Assembly: GCA_000697335.1 (NCBI GenBank)
Contig: JNEM01011261.1
Location: 1 to 56,152 of the forward strand
Reading direction: 5' to 3'
DNA length: 56,152 nucleotides
From: Conidiobolus incongruus B7586
Lineage: Eukaryota
The position numbers were made by a program, and so were the translations under genes. Of this stretch, positions 39,531 to 52,720 are shown piece by piece; the stretch's first letter is position 1, and each line of letters starts with the position of its first letter. The notes under the pieces were generated by a model, which ran no database searches, was not told where the DNA came from, and was given only the letters and a program-made list of their open reading frames with translations.

Positions 39531-42500
39531 GGAAACTTTATATTTTTTCGATTCATATATAAACAATAAATATATTATTCTAAAAAATTATTTCATTTAA
39601 TATCTTATTCTTAATTCCAAAAAGTATTTGTTATCACTTTTATAAAAAAGATTTTAATCTCAAGTTATCGAATATTATAACCTTATTAATTATTGGATAG
39701 AATTACTGATTCGCAAATTTTATCTATCAAATTTATATCATTTAACTTACAAACCGACAAAAGAGTGAATATATAGCAGAAAATTAGATAAATCCTCCTA
39801 TTTGAAATATAATCTACAAATTCTAATTCAAGGATAAATTGAAATATTATTGAATAAAATATCAACATATATTGAACACCGTATTGAGTAATATATAAGA
39901 TAACTTTTGGATCATCAAAAATTGGATTAAGTCAGAAGTTATGTATATTAATATATACATAGTATATCAAATTGGAGTATATATTTATCTAATAAGTTAA
40001 TAATAAACTTTAAAATATAGCTAAAAAAACTTAATATATAAATGTCTATTCAATTTACAAATTTTTTTTAAATATCTCAAAAAAAATTTTAAAATATATT
40101 TCAATAAAATATAATAGAAAGGGTATTGAATAATATATTACAATTGCTTGGAAAAATTCTTAAGTGTGTGAATATATATATTCATTAATTAAGAATTCAT
40201 TGTAATGCAATATTTTTCAATATTGAAATATATTGAAAATTAATATTTGAAGATTTTTTGATCATTATTTATGATATTTTAATTATATTAACCTTAGTTT
40301 TTATATCTGTTTTGGTTCACAATTTTGATCTATATTTGCCATTTATTAATATGTCTATAATTTTTGATATCTTATTTCAATATATAGTCATATAATTATA
40401 CGTTTATTATTTTTGAAATTATTATTATCAAGAATTATTTTAATCTAATTTCAAAAAGTTATTATAATAATATGTAATATCTTATGTATTTTATAATTAC
40501 ATTTACATATATTATTATAGTTTTTTTAAAATGAATAATAATAGCTAAAGTTTCAAAGTTTAATATATATGGCGTGAAATGAACAGGTACACTTAACAAT
40601 AAACATTTAATTTATATAATCAAATGATAAAGATAATTAAAGTAAAATTTACCTAATTAAATTCACTATATAATAATCGAATTGTACTTGGTTCTTGGAA
40701 TTGAATATTTAATAAATCCTTAACCAAAATATGTAATAAAAAGTAAAGAAATATTTTCCATATGTATTTTAATTATCTCAAAATTAATTCATAATTGATA
40801 TAATCATACATTAGATATGAATACAAGGAATCTATTATCAATTTATTTCTCAAGATCCAAATTAATGTGAAATATTTTTTACAAGGTTTGTGAGCTAAAG
40901 TATTTAAAGGGCTAATTAATTATAATTAAATCTGTAAAAAAAATTGTTACCTAGTAATTTAATAGCATATGAAAGGAATAAATTTCCAAAATTAAAATAT
41001 TATTGATAATTATTATATATATAATGTTATTCTGTTAAACTATCTTCAGTAAAAATTTTATTCAATAATTGAGGATTGAAAGAAAATTTTGAAAACTAAT
41101 TTTTCAAATTACAATTAAGAATGAATATTATAATAGGATTAAAGTTAACTTTCATTGATTATTTTTATGTAATAAAAGTGAACTGACATATTCAAATCAA
41201 AAAACTTAAACTCGACATTGAATTATAATTTCATTATTTAGCGCCTTTTTGAATTGATACATCTAATAATTATTATTTATCCCAATAGTACAAATAGACT
41301 TACCTCCATGAATATTTTGAATATTTATATCAAATGATATTTTCTATAATAATATACCAATTATATTAATGTATTTTAGAAAAATACCATATTTGAAATC
41401 ATATAATTTTATATGTTAAATTTAGTCATCCTCCCTTTATTAGTAATAGATATTTGAATACATACTAATCTATAATACTTATAAATTTGTTTTAGTACAT
41501 GAATAGTTTCCAAATTTTCACTTAGTTATTAGGATAATTAGTATTGCCTAATTATGAATATAATCTTTGCGCAATATATATTTTAATAATTATTGCAACA
41601 ATATCGGGTTTTTAATGAATTTCATAGTTTTTTGCAATTGTTATTTTCCAAGAATCTGTGGGCTTTAGTTAAAAATCACTTTATAATATTTAATTAATTA
41701 TTTAAAATGTGATTGTTAAAATTTTATCTTGTATCAAAATAATATATTTGGGGTATCTTTTTTTGGACTAATATTTGCACTAATTTATTTGTAAATATCT
41801 CGAAATATTGACACAATAATGGCTTAAGAACCAAATTACTGGGTAAACTGAGAAAAAAATAGCTCTAGCCAATACTAGGTATATTGATGCTATTGATAAA
41901 CTTTAACATTACCTATTGGAACAACTTTGATATATCTAGTATAAGAAATTAAACCGATTTATTTATTAATAAATTATTTTTATTCCTAGGCATATACAAG
42001 GAGTATTCAAGTCCTCTGTTCAAAAATTTCTTAACAAATTTTAGAATTATTAAAAGATCCCAAAAATACTTAATAATTTGTAATATTAAATGAAATTAAA
42101 TTAAGTTAAAAATTGAGAGATAAAAATTGACTAGATTATAACTATTATACATAATTCAATTTTGATAATGAACAATTGCATAGAAATTAAAATAATGACA
42201 GCCCTTGTGTAGGGTAACTCAGTAATAAATAAAAAAGATAATCAAAGTGTAATGTAACTGTGACTTATTATTATCAAATTAGTCGCTAACGCCCAATACT
42301 TGTTATCTTTGATTGACTATTTTTATATGAGAATATTGCTTGTTCTTTCAATTTTTGATTACTTTCACACTTTTTCAACCTCAAAATAATCCTTAATTGT
42401 CTTGTTAGGTCAATTAGGGAAAACTATTGGGATTTAGTGATTGAATTTACTGTAGATCTATTTGAGCCAATCAAATTAATAATTGTGATTTACTATTAAT

Positions 42501-42911
42501 AGTTTTATTAATTGATACCAATTCAGGTAATTTGTGATATAATCTCAATTATAAATTCAAGTTTAATAATTATTGAGTTGTATTCTAATTGATAACATGA
42601 CTATGTTAAACCAAACTTTTAAATTAATGGTGGGACATTATTGAACTGATAAAATGTATAAATACTAGGATTTCTATAAGACAAAGAATTCAAATTATTG
42701 ATTTTAATATGAACTGATAATTTTAATATTATTAATTTAAATTAATTAATTATTTTGTTTGGTAGATAATTAATTTCCATCTTTTCTTAAATTTTTGGAT
42801 ATTTTCATGCATTGCATCAACTTAATAGGATATAAATAGCTTGTTGATAGTCTTTAATTCTGTTATTGTCTTTTATTTGACGATCTCTTTTGTTATACTG
42901 ATTAATTGATT

Positions 42912-43457
42912 ATGAGTAATACTTGTCCTCCTTGTAATTCCAACGAAGTTTGTGAAATTATTTCTGATCCTTCAAAGCCCAATAGTAATGCAGCTATTGC
43001 GATATGTAAAAAGGTTGTAGAAGAATCATCACCAGGTCATTCAAAAACTACTATAGTTGTTATATGCGTAGTGGTTATCCTTTTAGTCTTTAGTCTTATG
43101 GCATTTATATTCGCATACAAGCTCAGAAAAAAACGCGAAATGGACAAACTTCATAAAGAGAATCACAGTAGAATGGTTATCCAAAAAATTGAGGAGCCAA
43201 TCCCCTCGATTTTGGAAACTAAGAGCTGTGATCTGTCTTTACTGCCTTATTATGCCCCCAATCAAAGTGTACTCAACGATGATCATTCGCGATCTTTCCA
43301 GTCTATCATCTACATGAATCCCAGCAGCACATCTTCTCCTCCGTTATCTCAACCACCGTCTGTACTCAATATAAGTTCGTTTACAAAGGGCTCCACGCAA
43401 TACTTCAGTGTTTCTGATATTGAACCAAAACATTCCCAAGGGCCTCAAACACCATAA
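42912..43457 (+). CDS. Single-pass membrane protein with N-terminal Cys cluster (Opy2-like)
   Basis: MSNTCPPCNSNEVCEII...AICKK, one long TM (IVVICVVVILLVFSLMAFIFAY), basic stop-transfer KLRKKR and a Ser/Pro-rich tail. No signal peptide. Confidence 0.75.
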   Translation: MSNTCPPCNSNEVCEIISDPSKPNSNAAIAICKKVVEESSPGHSKTTIVVICVVVILLVFSLMAFIFAYKLRKKREMDKLHKENHSRMVIQKIEEPIPSILETKSCDLSLLPYYAPNQSVLNDDHSRSFQSIIYMNPSSTSSPPLSQPPSVLNISSFTKGSTQYFSVSDIEPKHSQGPQTP

Positions 43458-45076
43458 GCTACATTAATCACACATTATTTTCACTTTTGATTAGTACCTG
43501 CCTACGAAAAGTCATCTTGCATAACAAAACTTCACATATATGTAAAAAATTCGCATTTCATTGGTTATTTTAATATCTAAAAATAATTAATCACCAAATC
43601 AGTTATTTTATTTATATTGGATAGTGTCCCAACCTTTCCATCCATTGTTAATAATATTTGTTTAATAAAATTTATCAAGAATGTACTGATTATATACTCT
43701 TCTTTAAGTTAATTATCTATTCCTTTTTAAATAATTATTTAGAATAGGGGATTTATCAACCAATTGAATTATAGAATTTGAGTTTATATTTTATCATCAC
43801 TAAATTTGTTTATTTTGTGATATTTGATTTATGATCTCTTTGATAGTCTAAAATACACTGAATTATATTTATATTATAAATATGTATAATTAATCAATAA
43901 TATATTTTAAAATATTAGATATTTTAGAATATTACACACAACTAATTTATGGAAAAATTACGCAATTATGTGGCTATTATGTTCAGTGTTCTTTATTCAG
44001 TTATGGAATATTTAAATAGTTTACAAATTAATTATAAGTAAATTGGTCACAATCTATTGATTATTGTAGCTTGAATATAAACTTATTTATACCACTCATT
44101 GTTTATAATAACAAAGCCTTTTTATCACAAAACCCAGTTTTGCTAATATTTATCACATTTGTAAATTTGATATACTTTTAATTGACAAATATTTTAATAT
44201 TTGATTTTTAGAACTTTCTTTGATTGTATTAAATGCGAAATATCATCAGATTTTAATTTGACTAAATAAAATATAAAGCAAATTTAATTTTTTATTAATA
44301 ATACTATTATTTTTTTAAATCTGATGATATATAATAATTTTAAACAAATTACAACAATAAAGATAATATATTCAAAATCAATAATAAAATATTTCAAAAT
44401 GGTAACTTATTAAATTTAATTAGATGTTTCAAGCTTTCAATTCATACATATATATATATATATATATATACACTCTAATTGTGAACATTCTTTTTAAGTT
44501 GATAATTTATGCATTTTTCAATATTTCTATTTTGGATTATTTCATTTTTTATAATATATTTTTCATAATCATTTTTAGATAATTTGAAAATAAATAAATT
44601 TACTTATCAATTGTGTTTTTTTTATTATTTAAATTTTATTTTATTTTTAAATTAATAATTAATATAAAAAGTCTAATTGAATTTTATCATCATATAAAAG
44701 AAATAATTTTTATATTAAAATGACAAGTATTTATAAATTAATAGTGTTTTGAATTAAGTAGAATTGTATTATGAGTAATCATTCAAACCATAATAAATTT
44801 CTAAATATGATGATTGCATCCTATATATTTAATTGAATTTTATTTTTGATATTAGATTCTTTGGATTGGAATCAATAAAGGATAAGCATTTTTAAAATTT
44901 CAAATTATCATTCCAATTAGAGTTTATCCAATTATCTTTTAATAGTTCTGCTGGAATAGATTTTAAGTGATTTTCATTGGATGATATAACATAATGCACT
45001 AATTTAGAGAATTGTGGTATTTTCATTCTTTTTTAAAAACAGTAATATTTTTAATTAATTATCACTTACAAAACAC

Positions 45077-45432
45077 AGATAGGTTAAATATTGACACTGG
45101 CTGAGAAGTCAGGTGTCTAATAAACTCAGGTAAAATAGTTGTCTTCCGGGACGGCGCCTGTTAGATGGTATAAAGGAGATAGTTTATTGTTTAATCTACA
45201 TGTATAGAAAAATCCCAGGAAGAGGGCCGACATGACAACCGGGTTGTAGTCGGCATATTTATATTTATTTTGACGTGTTTTCCTGGCCTTCGGGTAGCAC
45301 ATCGGATGGAATGATTGATTCCGAAGGTTGGGTGTATTTGTTGATCACGTTACAGGTGGATCCTGTCAGGGATTATTCATTATTCGAATTATGAGGGTCG
45401 AACAAGCCTTCAGAACCATGACTATATCTTTT
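45077..45432 (+). ncRNA. Candidate structured non-coding RNA, family unidentified
   Basis: GC/CpG-richer island without a substantial ORF. About ten mutually compatible helices with G-U pairs on the + strand, a GAGA tetraloop, 5'/3' end pairing and a terminal TTTT. Confidence 0.55.
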
Positions 45433-46090
45433 AAACTATATAGATGGAAATTTTTTTAATGAAAAGGTATTTAATTAGCATAATTATTAATAACTGTATC
45501 AATTATATAATAAATGAAATATTTAATGTTATTTCCAGGTCAACAATATATTAAATTAATAATAATTTTTTGGTAATTTGAAAATGCTTCGATTTAGAAT
45601 AAGTAATATTTTAAGATAATAAAATAAATTATATTCGTGAAATATGGAATTTATTATTATATATTTTGTTTATCATTTATTATATTTATATATAATGTTA
45701 CAAAAAAATTGAGATAATATTAACAACCTTATATTGTAATATGAATTGACTCTCATAAATTTGAATAAATACGAAAACAGACAATTAATTTGAAAATTCA
45801 TAAATATGACTTTATATTTCAACTAAGTACATATATTACACTCTGATTGAATTGACAAACGGAAAAATAGTCAAGGTCTTTAATATGAAATATATTGAAA
45901 ATGTTTAAGATAAATTAAACTAACTGAATAGTCCACTTGGTTGATAAATTAACTTCCGATTTTTTAATAATATTTGCTTATATTATAGCACAAAATTATA
46001 TTAACAATATTTTAAAAATCATAATAATAATAATGTAACAAATTCTGAAATTTAAAACTAAAATTTAATATATGATAATAAAAAAATTAA

Positions 46091-46967
46091 TTAATTTTTC
46101 AAATAATCTTTCAACCAATTGAGAATAGTTGAAAAATCATCAAAAGGAATATGATCAATATTATGAAGATTGCAATACTTTTCCAAATCCTTTCCACTTC
46201 TAGCAAATATGACATCAGATTCTTTGCAAGCCATAAGGTCAGTGATACCGTCGCCGATAAATATGGTGAGAGGATTATCGTAGTTCAATTTAACTTTGGA
46301 AATTGTCAAGGCTTTGTCATGTCCATAAAGTCTATGAATGTTGTTAGTGAAGTTATACAAGTATCATTGAAATATATAATTACGTATCATCATAGTATTT
46401 GATATCCCAACGACCATTCACATAAACACCTTCGTTAGCAGCGATTTTAGAGTTGAAATTTTCTATATTATTTTCGACGAACCAGTTGATAATTTGAAGT
46501 AATCCACTATATCAAAATCCCAATCAATTCATATATTATAAATTTTAACATAAAAGGGCCAATTACGATGATAGAATAGTAAAAGGAATATCAAAGGATT
46601 GAATATATTGATAAAATTCTTTGAAATAAGGATCGAGTTTGACATCTGGAAACTATTAATAAATAATAACACTGTTTTGTTTGAAATTGGATCACCTTTT
46701 AATCTTTCTTTACAACCTTCCCAGTCACAAACAACAGAATTCCACATAATTGTAAAAGCTTCTCTAAAAATTAAATAAAATCAGTTAAAGTAATATAAAA
46801 ACATAAGCAACCTACACTTGAGTAATAGCTTTGTTGAAAATTTGCTTATATAAAACTTTACGCTCTTCTTCGGTTAAATATTCATCAATTAAAATTGATC
46901 CAGTATCTTGTAAAGTGATAGTCCCATCAAAATCACTAAAAATTATAATGTTCTTTTTTTTGGTCAT
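46091..46967 (-). CDS. HAD-IB family phosphatase (MtnX/Pyp1-like), 5 exons
   Basis: FSDFDGTITLQDTG (motif I), ILSSG (II), GHDK (III), FIGDGITDL (IV). Introns 46764-46815, 46646-46695, 46507-46566 and 46332-46383 give a continuous frame. Confidence 0.92.
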
Positions 46968-49374
46968 ATTGATATTACTGAATAATCAATTATATATAAT
47001 GTTGATTAATATTATCAAATTCAAAAAATATAAAGAATGTTTTTTTTCAATCGTACATTGATTTATATATTATCATTATAATTCAATTTAGGGATTCTTG
47101 TGGATAATTCAAATAATGGCTAAATGTTATGCAACATAGTAATAGTAATTAATCAAGTAAGAAATACCTTATCTATTTTAAAAAAATCAACCGACTCTAA
47201 AATTTGATATTTGCAAATATATTTGGTACTAAAGAATGAAGAATAGTTTGATAGACAAAATTTATTAATTAATACTCGATACTTGATAAATTTGTACTGG
47301 ATTTCTTGTTGAATTAAAGTATTATACTGAATCTGAAATATTTTATTCCAATTAATGTTTTATAGGAAAAATTATTCAAAATGCTCTATAATTTCGGTGT
47401 AATATTTATAGCTTTCATGTTTATATCAAACAAGAAATATTACAAAAAAGGTATTGTTATCTTACTATATACTAAAGTATTTAACAGACCCAAATACTAT
47501 GCTTAATAAGAATGGTGGATTATTAGATTTTATTGATAATAGATTTCCTACAATAATTTAAAATGATTAGTTTTTTATGAATACAATTTAAAATATTTAC
47601 AAATGTAAGCATAATTAAACTATTAGAAAACTTAAATTGAAGATTATAAATTACTAACAATAATACCTAAATTTTAATATAATATACAAATCTACATTTC
47701 ACAAATATTCAATATGATTTGAATTGAGGAAGATTACAATGATAATATAATATTAATAAAATCATATGATAGTATATATATTAATATTGAAGAATATAAT
47801 GATTTTAAGCATAAAAATTTGGTATATATGATTTTGAAATAATATAGAATTTGTAGAACAGTGGATAAATTTGAACATACTGATAAAAACGCTAAATTGG
47901 TAAAAATATATCAATTTTCAAGGGGGAAAATATAAATAATAATGGATATAAAATGCTGGAAAATTATATTGGGCTAGTCATATATTTCATATTATCTTGT
48001 AATATTCTATTTAATACAATAAATGATAATACTAATACCATATATTCATAATTATCCCAGTTAGCAGTTTCGAGAACAGAGTATTGGCCGCATCTTGAAA
48101 CATTTGAGCAATAATGATCAAAAGTAAGTTGCTGACGACAAGTGGTAAGTACTCGACAGCTTGGGCAACGACTAGTTGTGCGAGTTTCGGTTCGAATGGT
48201 TGTTGATGAATTGGTATTAATATTAGCTTATACATCATTTTTGAGAGATTCAGTGTATGGATGCTTTAGTAGGAATTAGTAGTAGATAATAGGAAGTATA
48301 AAGATATCTCTTCATATATTTGTGATAGGATTAGTTTTTATGCTCAATCTTATTAGTGAGTGACTGTAGTCGTGCATTGTAACAATGATTGTGTAAGAAT
48401 TATGCATCTTCTGCATATTCTAAAGAAATTTAAGTGTGAATTTGAGAACAGCAGTTGTTATTTCAGAATTGTGACTATAATATTAGCTTCAAGATCTTGC
48501 TTTCGTTTAAAAGTTATATATATATATATATATATTATATTAATTTCGACTATTATTAATCTAAATATTCAATATTTCACATTGAAGCTGAATTTTAGTA
48601 TATAAAAAAATAAAATCTAAATCATTAAACTTAATCATTGTTTGATTTTGAATCTCAAATTTTTATAAAATTCACTGTATTTCTTTTTTGATTTAAATAT
48701 TACTTTTATAATTTTGAAATTTATTTCACTTTGAATTGATACTTTTTTTCATGATGTAATTTTGCTATTAATTCATTTTACTAGTTTGATATTTTCTAAA
48801 TTAAAATACATAATTCAGCCAATATTGATAAATTTTATTTTATTAAAATTATATCTAGAGAAATAATGTTTTATCGTTAATTTTTTAAGAGTTCTTTACT
48901 TTTGGCAATTTGTGAAAAATAAATTCTTCAATAGCTGATATCAAATTATGATAAGATTTCAAATTTATACAAATTAGATCAATGATGAATAAAAAGACTT
49001 AAATTATATATTCAAAATAAAATGCCGTTTATATGGGGCGGAATATAAAACTACCAAAAATCAGACTTAAATTTTGTAATTGAATATTGAAAGTTTATTA
49101 GAAGGATAAGAGGAAAACATAAATATCGAAAAAATATCTTACTTTAACTATGGCCAAGGACTAAAACATTAAAAATGATTCAGCAATGAAATGATCATTT
49201 TAAAGATTCAATGAGATACACACTAGTGATATATTAAATCTTGATAGTAATTTATTGACTTGAAAATAGTATTTTTTAATAATATAAAAAAGGCTAAATA
49301 TTTTAAAGTGGTCTTAACGATATAAGAGTAAAAATTCAAAAATTGAGAATGAATAAAATATATTAAATGAATTA

Positions 49375-50240
49375 TTGATATTTAAATAATCCCTCAACTA
49401 ATTAATAATAGTTGAAAAATTATCAAAAGGAGTATGAGCTATATTGTGAAGTTTGCAATATTTCTCCAAATCCTTTCCTTACTTGACAAATATAACATCA
49501 GATTAACTACATACCATAATATCAAAGACATTATTTCCAATAAATATGGAGAGAGGCTGGTCATAATCTGTTTTAGCTTTGCAAATTGTCAGAGCTTTTT
49601 CATGTCTGTAAAATCTATTAAATGTAGTTAACATAGTAAAAACATTGGTGAATTTGACTATTACGCATCATCATAAAAATTGACATCATAGTGGCTATTT
49701 TTATAAACATCTTCATTAGCAGCGATTTTAGAATTAAAGTTTTCTAAGTTATTCTCAATAAACGAATTGATAATTTGAGTAAATCTACTAATATGAAAAT
49801 TAACTTAGGAAGAATAATTATATTCTTTTAAATAATCAAGGTAATATAGCGAACGGAATATCTAAAGCTTAAATATATTCATAGAATCTTTTAAAGAAAG
49901 GGTCAAGTTTGACATCTATAAAGCCTTGATATTCAACCCAAGTATCTGATACCAAATCTATTACCTTTTGATTTATTTTTACAGGTTTCTCAGTCACAGG
50001 TAACCGAATTCCACATAAATTTAAAACCATCCCTAAACCGTTGAACTAATTATCACTGATAATGAAATTGAAAAAATTCACCTTTGTAAAATAGTTTTAT
50101 TAATAATTCAATTATCTAATTCTTTACACTTTTCAGTTGATAAAAATTCATCAATAAAAATTTTTCCAGTATCTTATAAAGTGGTAGTTACGTCAAAATC
50201 ACTGAAAATTATAATATTTATCGATTTTATGGACCAACAT
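49375..50240 (-). pseudogene. HAD-IB phosphatase pseudogene, tandem paralog of 46091-46967
   Basis: FSDFDVTTTL*DTG, collinear exons (RDGFKFMWNSV, DVKLDPFFK, NSKIAANED, PFDNFSTIIN*), several stops and altered catalytic motifs. Confidence 0.88.
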
Positions 50241-51879
50241 TGATATAGGAGGAAAATACTTTCATAAGACTTTTTGTGTTATTAATCAAGGATCAAATCT
50301 AAATTTATTCGTTAATTGTTCATTCAGATATTTTGATTTTAATCTGTATGAACTCACCTCATAATCCAGTTACCGGACTATAGGTGTTTAAAATTTCAAT
50401 AGGTATTAATTTGTTAATATGACAATAATTTGGAATATATCGAAATAAATAATTTATCAAATCTTTTGATGAAAAATTGTCTATATGTAAAACACTTAGA
50501 ACATATTTATTATCATTAATAAATTTTATTATAGTTTTTGTTTTTTATAATATAAAATTTCGAACAATTGACTTTAATTTGCTCGATTTTTATTTATTGT
50601 AGGATAATTTAAATTTATTTCAAAATTAGCCCCTGCAAGTATAAACATATTGGATCAATTGTAATCATATTAACATATACAAATGAATAGAGAAGATTCA
50701 GAATATCACAATCATTATGCTAGTACCAGCACCATTAATATATAATATTTTGATAATATTGAAATGGTTCCCTCAAGTATGAAATATCAAAATTTCATAT
50801 CTTTTTAAAGTTTAAATTAATATTATTGATATATATATATTAATCAACATCTAATCAAAATTAAAATTTTATTATTATCACAGGGTTCTCTATATCATTA
50901 ATAACTCTATATATAAACCATAATTAACATATCAAATTCAATTATATTCAAATTGTATTAATTTTTATTAATTCATATAACAATATATCTTTGTTATTTT
51001 GTATTAAATTTGATTAAAAAATAATTGACTATAATTTATAGTTGATTGAGAGGATATTGTTATTATAAGTCATTTTTAGGATTTATAATTATCTTTCCAT
51101 AGTAATGATTCAAATTATAATACTTGCAGGAACTATAAAATAATTGTATGTTTACTGTAACTAAAAATTTGTTATTGATGTTATTTACATTATATAATAC
51201 TAAATAATACAGCAAAATTATTGATTCAAATATATGTTAATTGGAAATTCAAGTTAATTTCAAAAATCTGAATTAAAAATCATAATAATTTTCGTTAATC
51301 AGAAAATTTTGAAAAAAAAATTAATACTGTTAAAAATTTGTCTGAACAACAAAATTTCAGAGATAGTAAAAATATGACCGAAGTACAGTTTTTATCATAT
51401 CAATTATTTGATATTCGACTGAAAATGAATTAGCTAATATGGAAATATGTGAAAATTACATATTCATTATGATTATTGCTTTATAAAGAGAAACCTTAAT
51501 TATACTATTTTATATATTGAATTTCAGTAATTGATATATTCAATATAATATCCTAAAACTATCAATAGTAATAATGTGTTGGAATTCTGTGATCAGGCTG
51601 ATTTTTGCAATATAGTTCTTTCACCTTAAGAATAAAATATTAATACTTTATCTTCATACTCATTTAATTAATAGCAAACAATGAATTTATATCGGTCAAA
51701 AGTGTTATAATGAGAAATTTCATTTAAGTTTGATATTAAAATAAATTGATGTAATATTCAAAATTTGATTAGAAAAATACTACGATTATATTATTATTTT
51801 TTAATAGATGAATTAGGTATATAAATAGTGGATAATGCTCAAATAAATTTATCAGTATTTAATTTTATATTGGTATATA

Positions 51880-52720
51880 AATAATTTGATATTATATATA
51901 TATATATATATTTCGATATAGCTTTTTTGATATTATTCATATTAACCAATATGAAATGAATTGTATCTCTTGATAAATTGATGAATAATACATCAACTAG
52001 TCGGGTTAGTAATGAAAAAATTATGAAAAAATTTATTAGAACATCGATTATCAGAATAACCAATGATTTCATAATAGTAGAATTGACATTCTCCTTAACT
52101 TTTTCAGGATGCAGTCTTAGTTACAATTGGCCATTTAGATCCTGATTCCTTTGATACAAGCATACTATTATATGTCCTTAGAAAATAGTTATGAATGATA
52201 TTCCCTTCATTTAGCAAAATAAAAGAGTAATAATTTTACCACTGATTATATTGAGATTAAAGAAAGAATGTGTTTGTAACAATACAACACTCAATAATTT
52301 ATTAAAACAAGCTTGGATCCAAGTGGTAAGATTGAATGTAAACTAAAAATCGGTGATCTAATAGTAAAACTCTTCAGAATACTCCAAATTACACAATTAA
52401 AAGACATCTTTGAACTTCAACGACAAAATTGAAGGAGGTAATAACGAATAGAGAAACTGCCAAACATTGATATTATATGGAAGATGAGAATTAATTATCA
52501 ATTTGCAATGCCAAAAATTCAAAATCCCATTGACTGATATTTTTGTCGCACTTTCCTTATCAAAAAGAAGTATAATGGTAGCTAGTATTATATCAATTTT
52601 TCAACTAGATAATATGTAATTTAAAACGATTAAAAGTCTGATATTAATACAGGGAAAAATACTTCAATTGGAAGCATAAATACATGAAATATATAGTTGT
52701 AAAACTTAATGTAATTGTAA
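51880..52720 (-). pseudogene. 7TM/GPCR-like pseudogene 3
   Basis: CINIRLLIVL..KIDIILATIILLFD, QRCLLIV and LHPEKVKENVNSTIMKSL match the copies at 36391 and 38626. Stops and frameshifts. Confidence 0.65.

Noticed and set aside
44890..45026. 44-aa minus ORF MKIPQFSKL...
   Set aside because: Short, no recognisable motif, and not supportable without homology or expression data.
45125..45137. TTTTACCTG resembling the U1 snRNA 5' end on the minus strand
   Set aside because: Imperfect match with no U1 stem-loops or Sm site following.
45420..45430. AAGATATAGTC (group I intron S element) on the minus strand
   Set aside because: No R element or core helices upstream on that strand, and G-U pairing favours the + strand.
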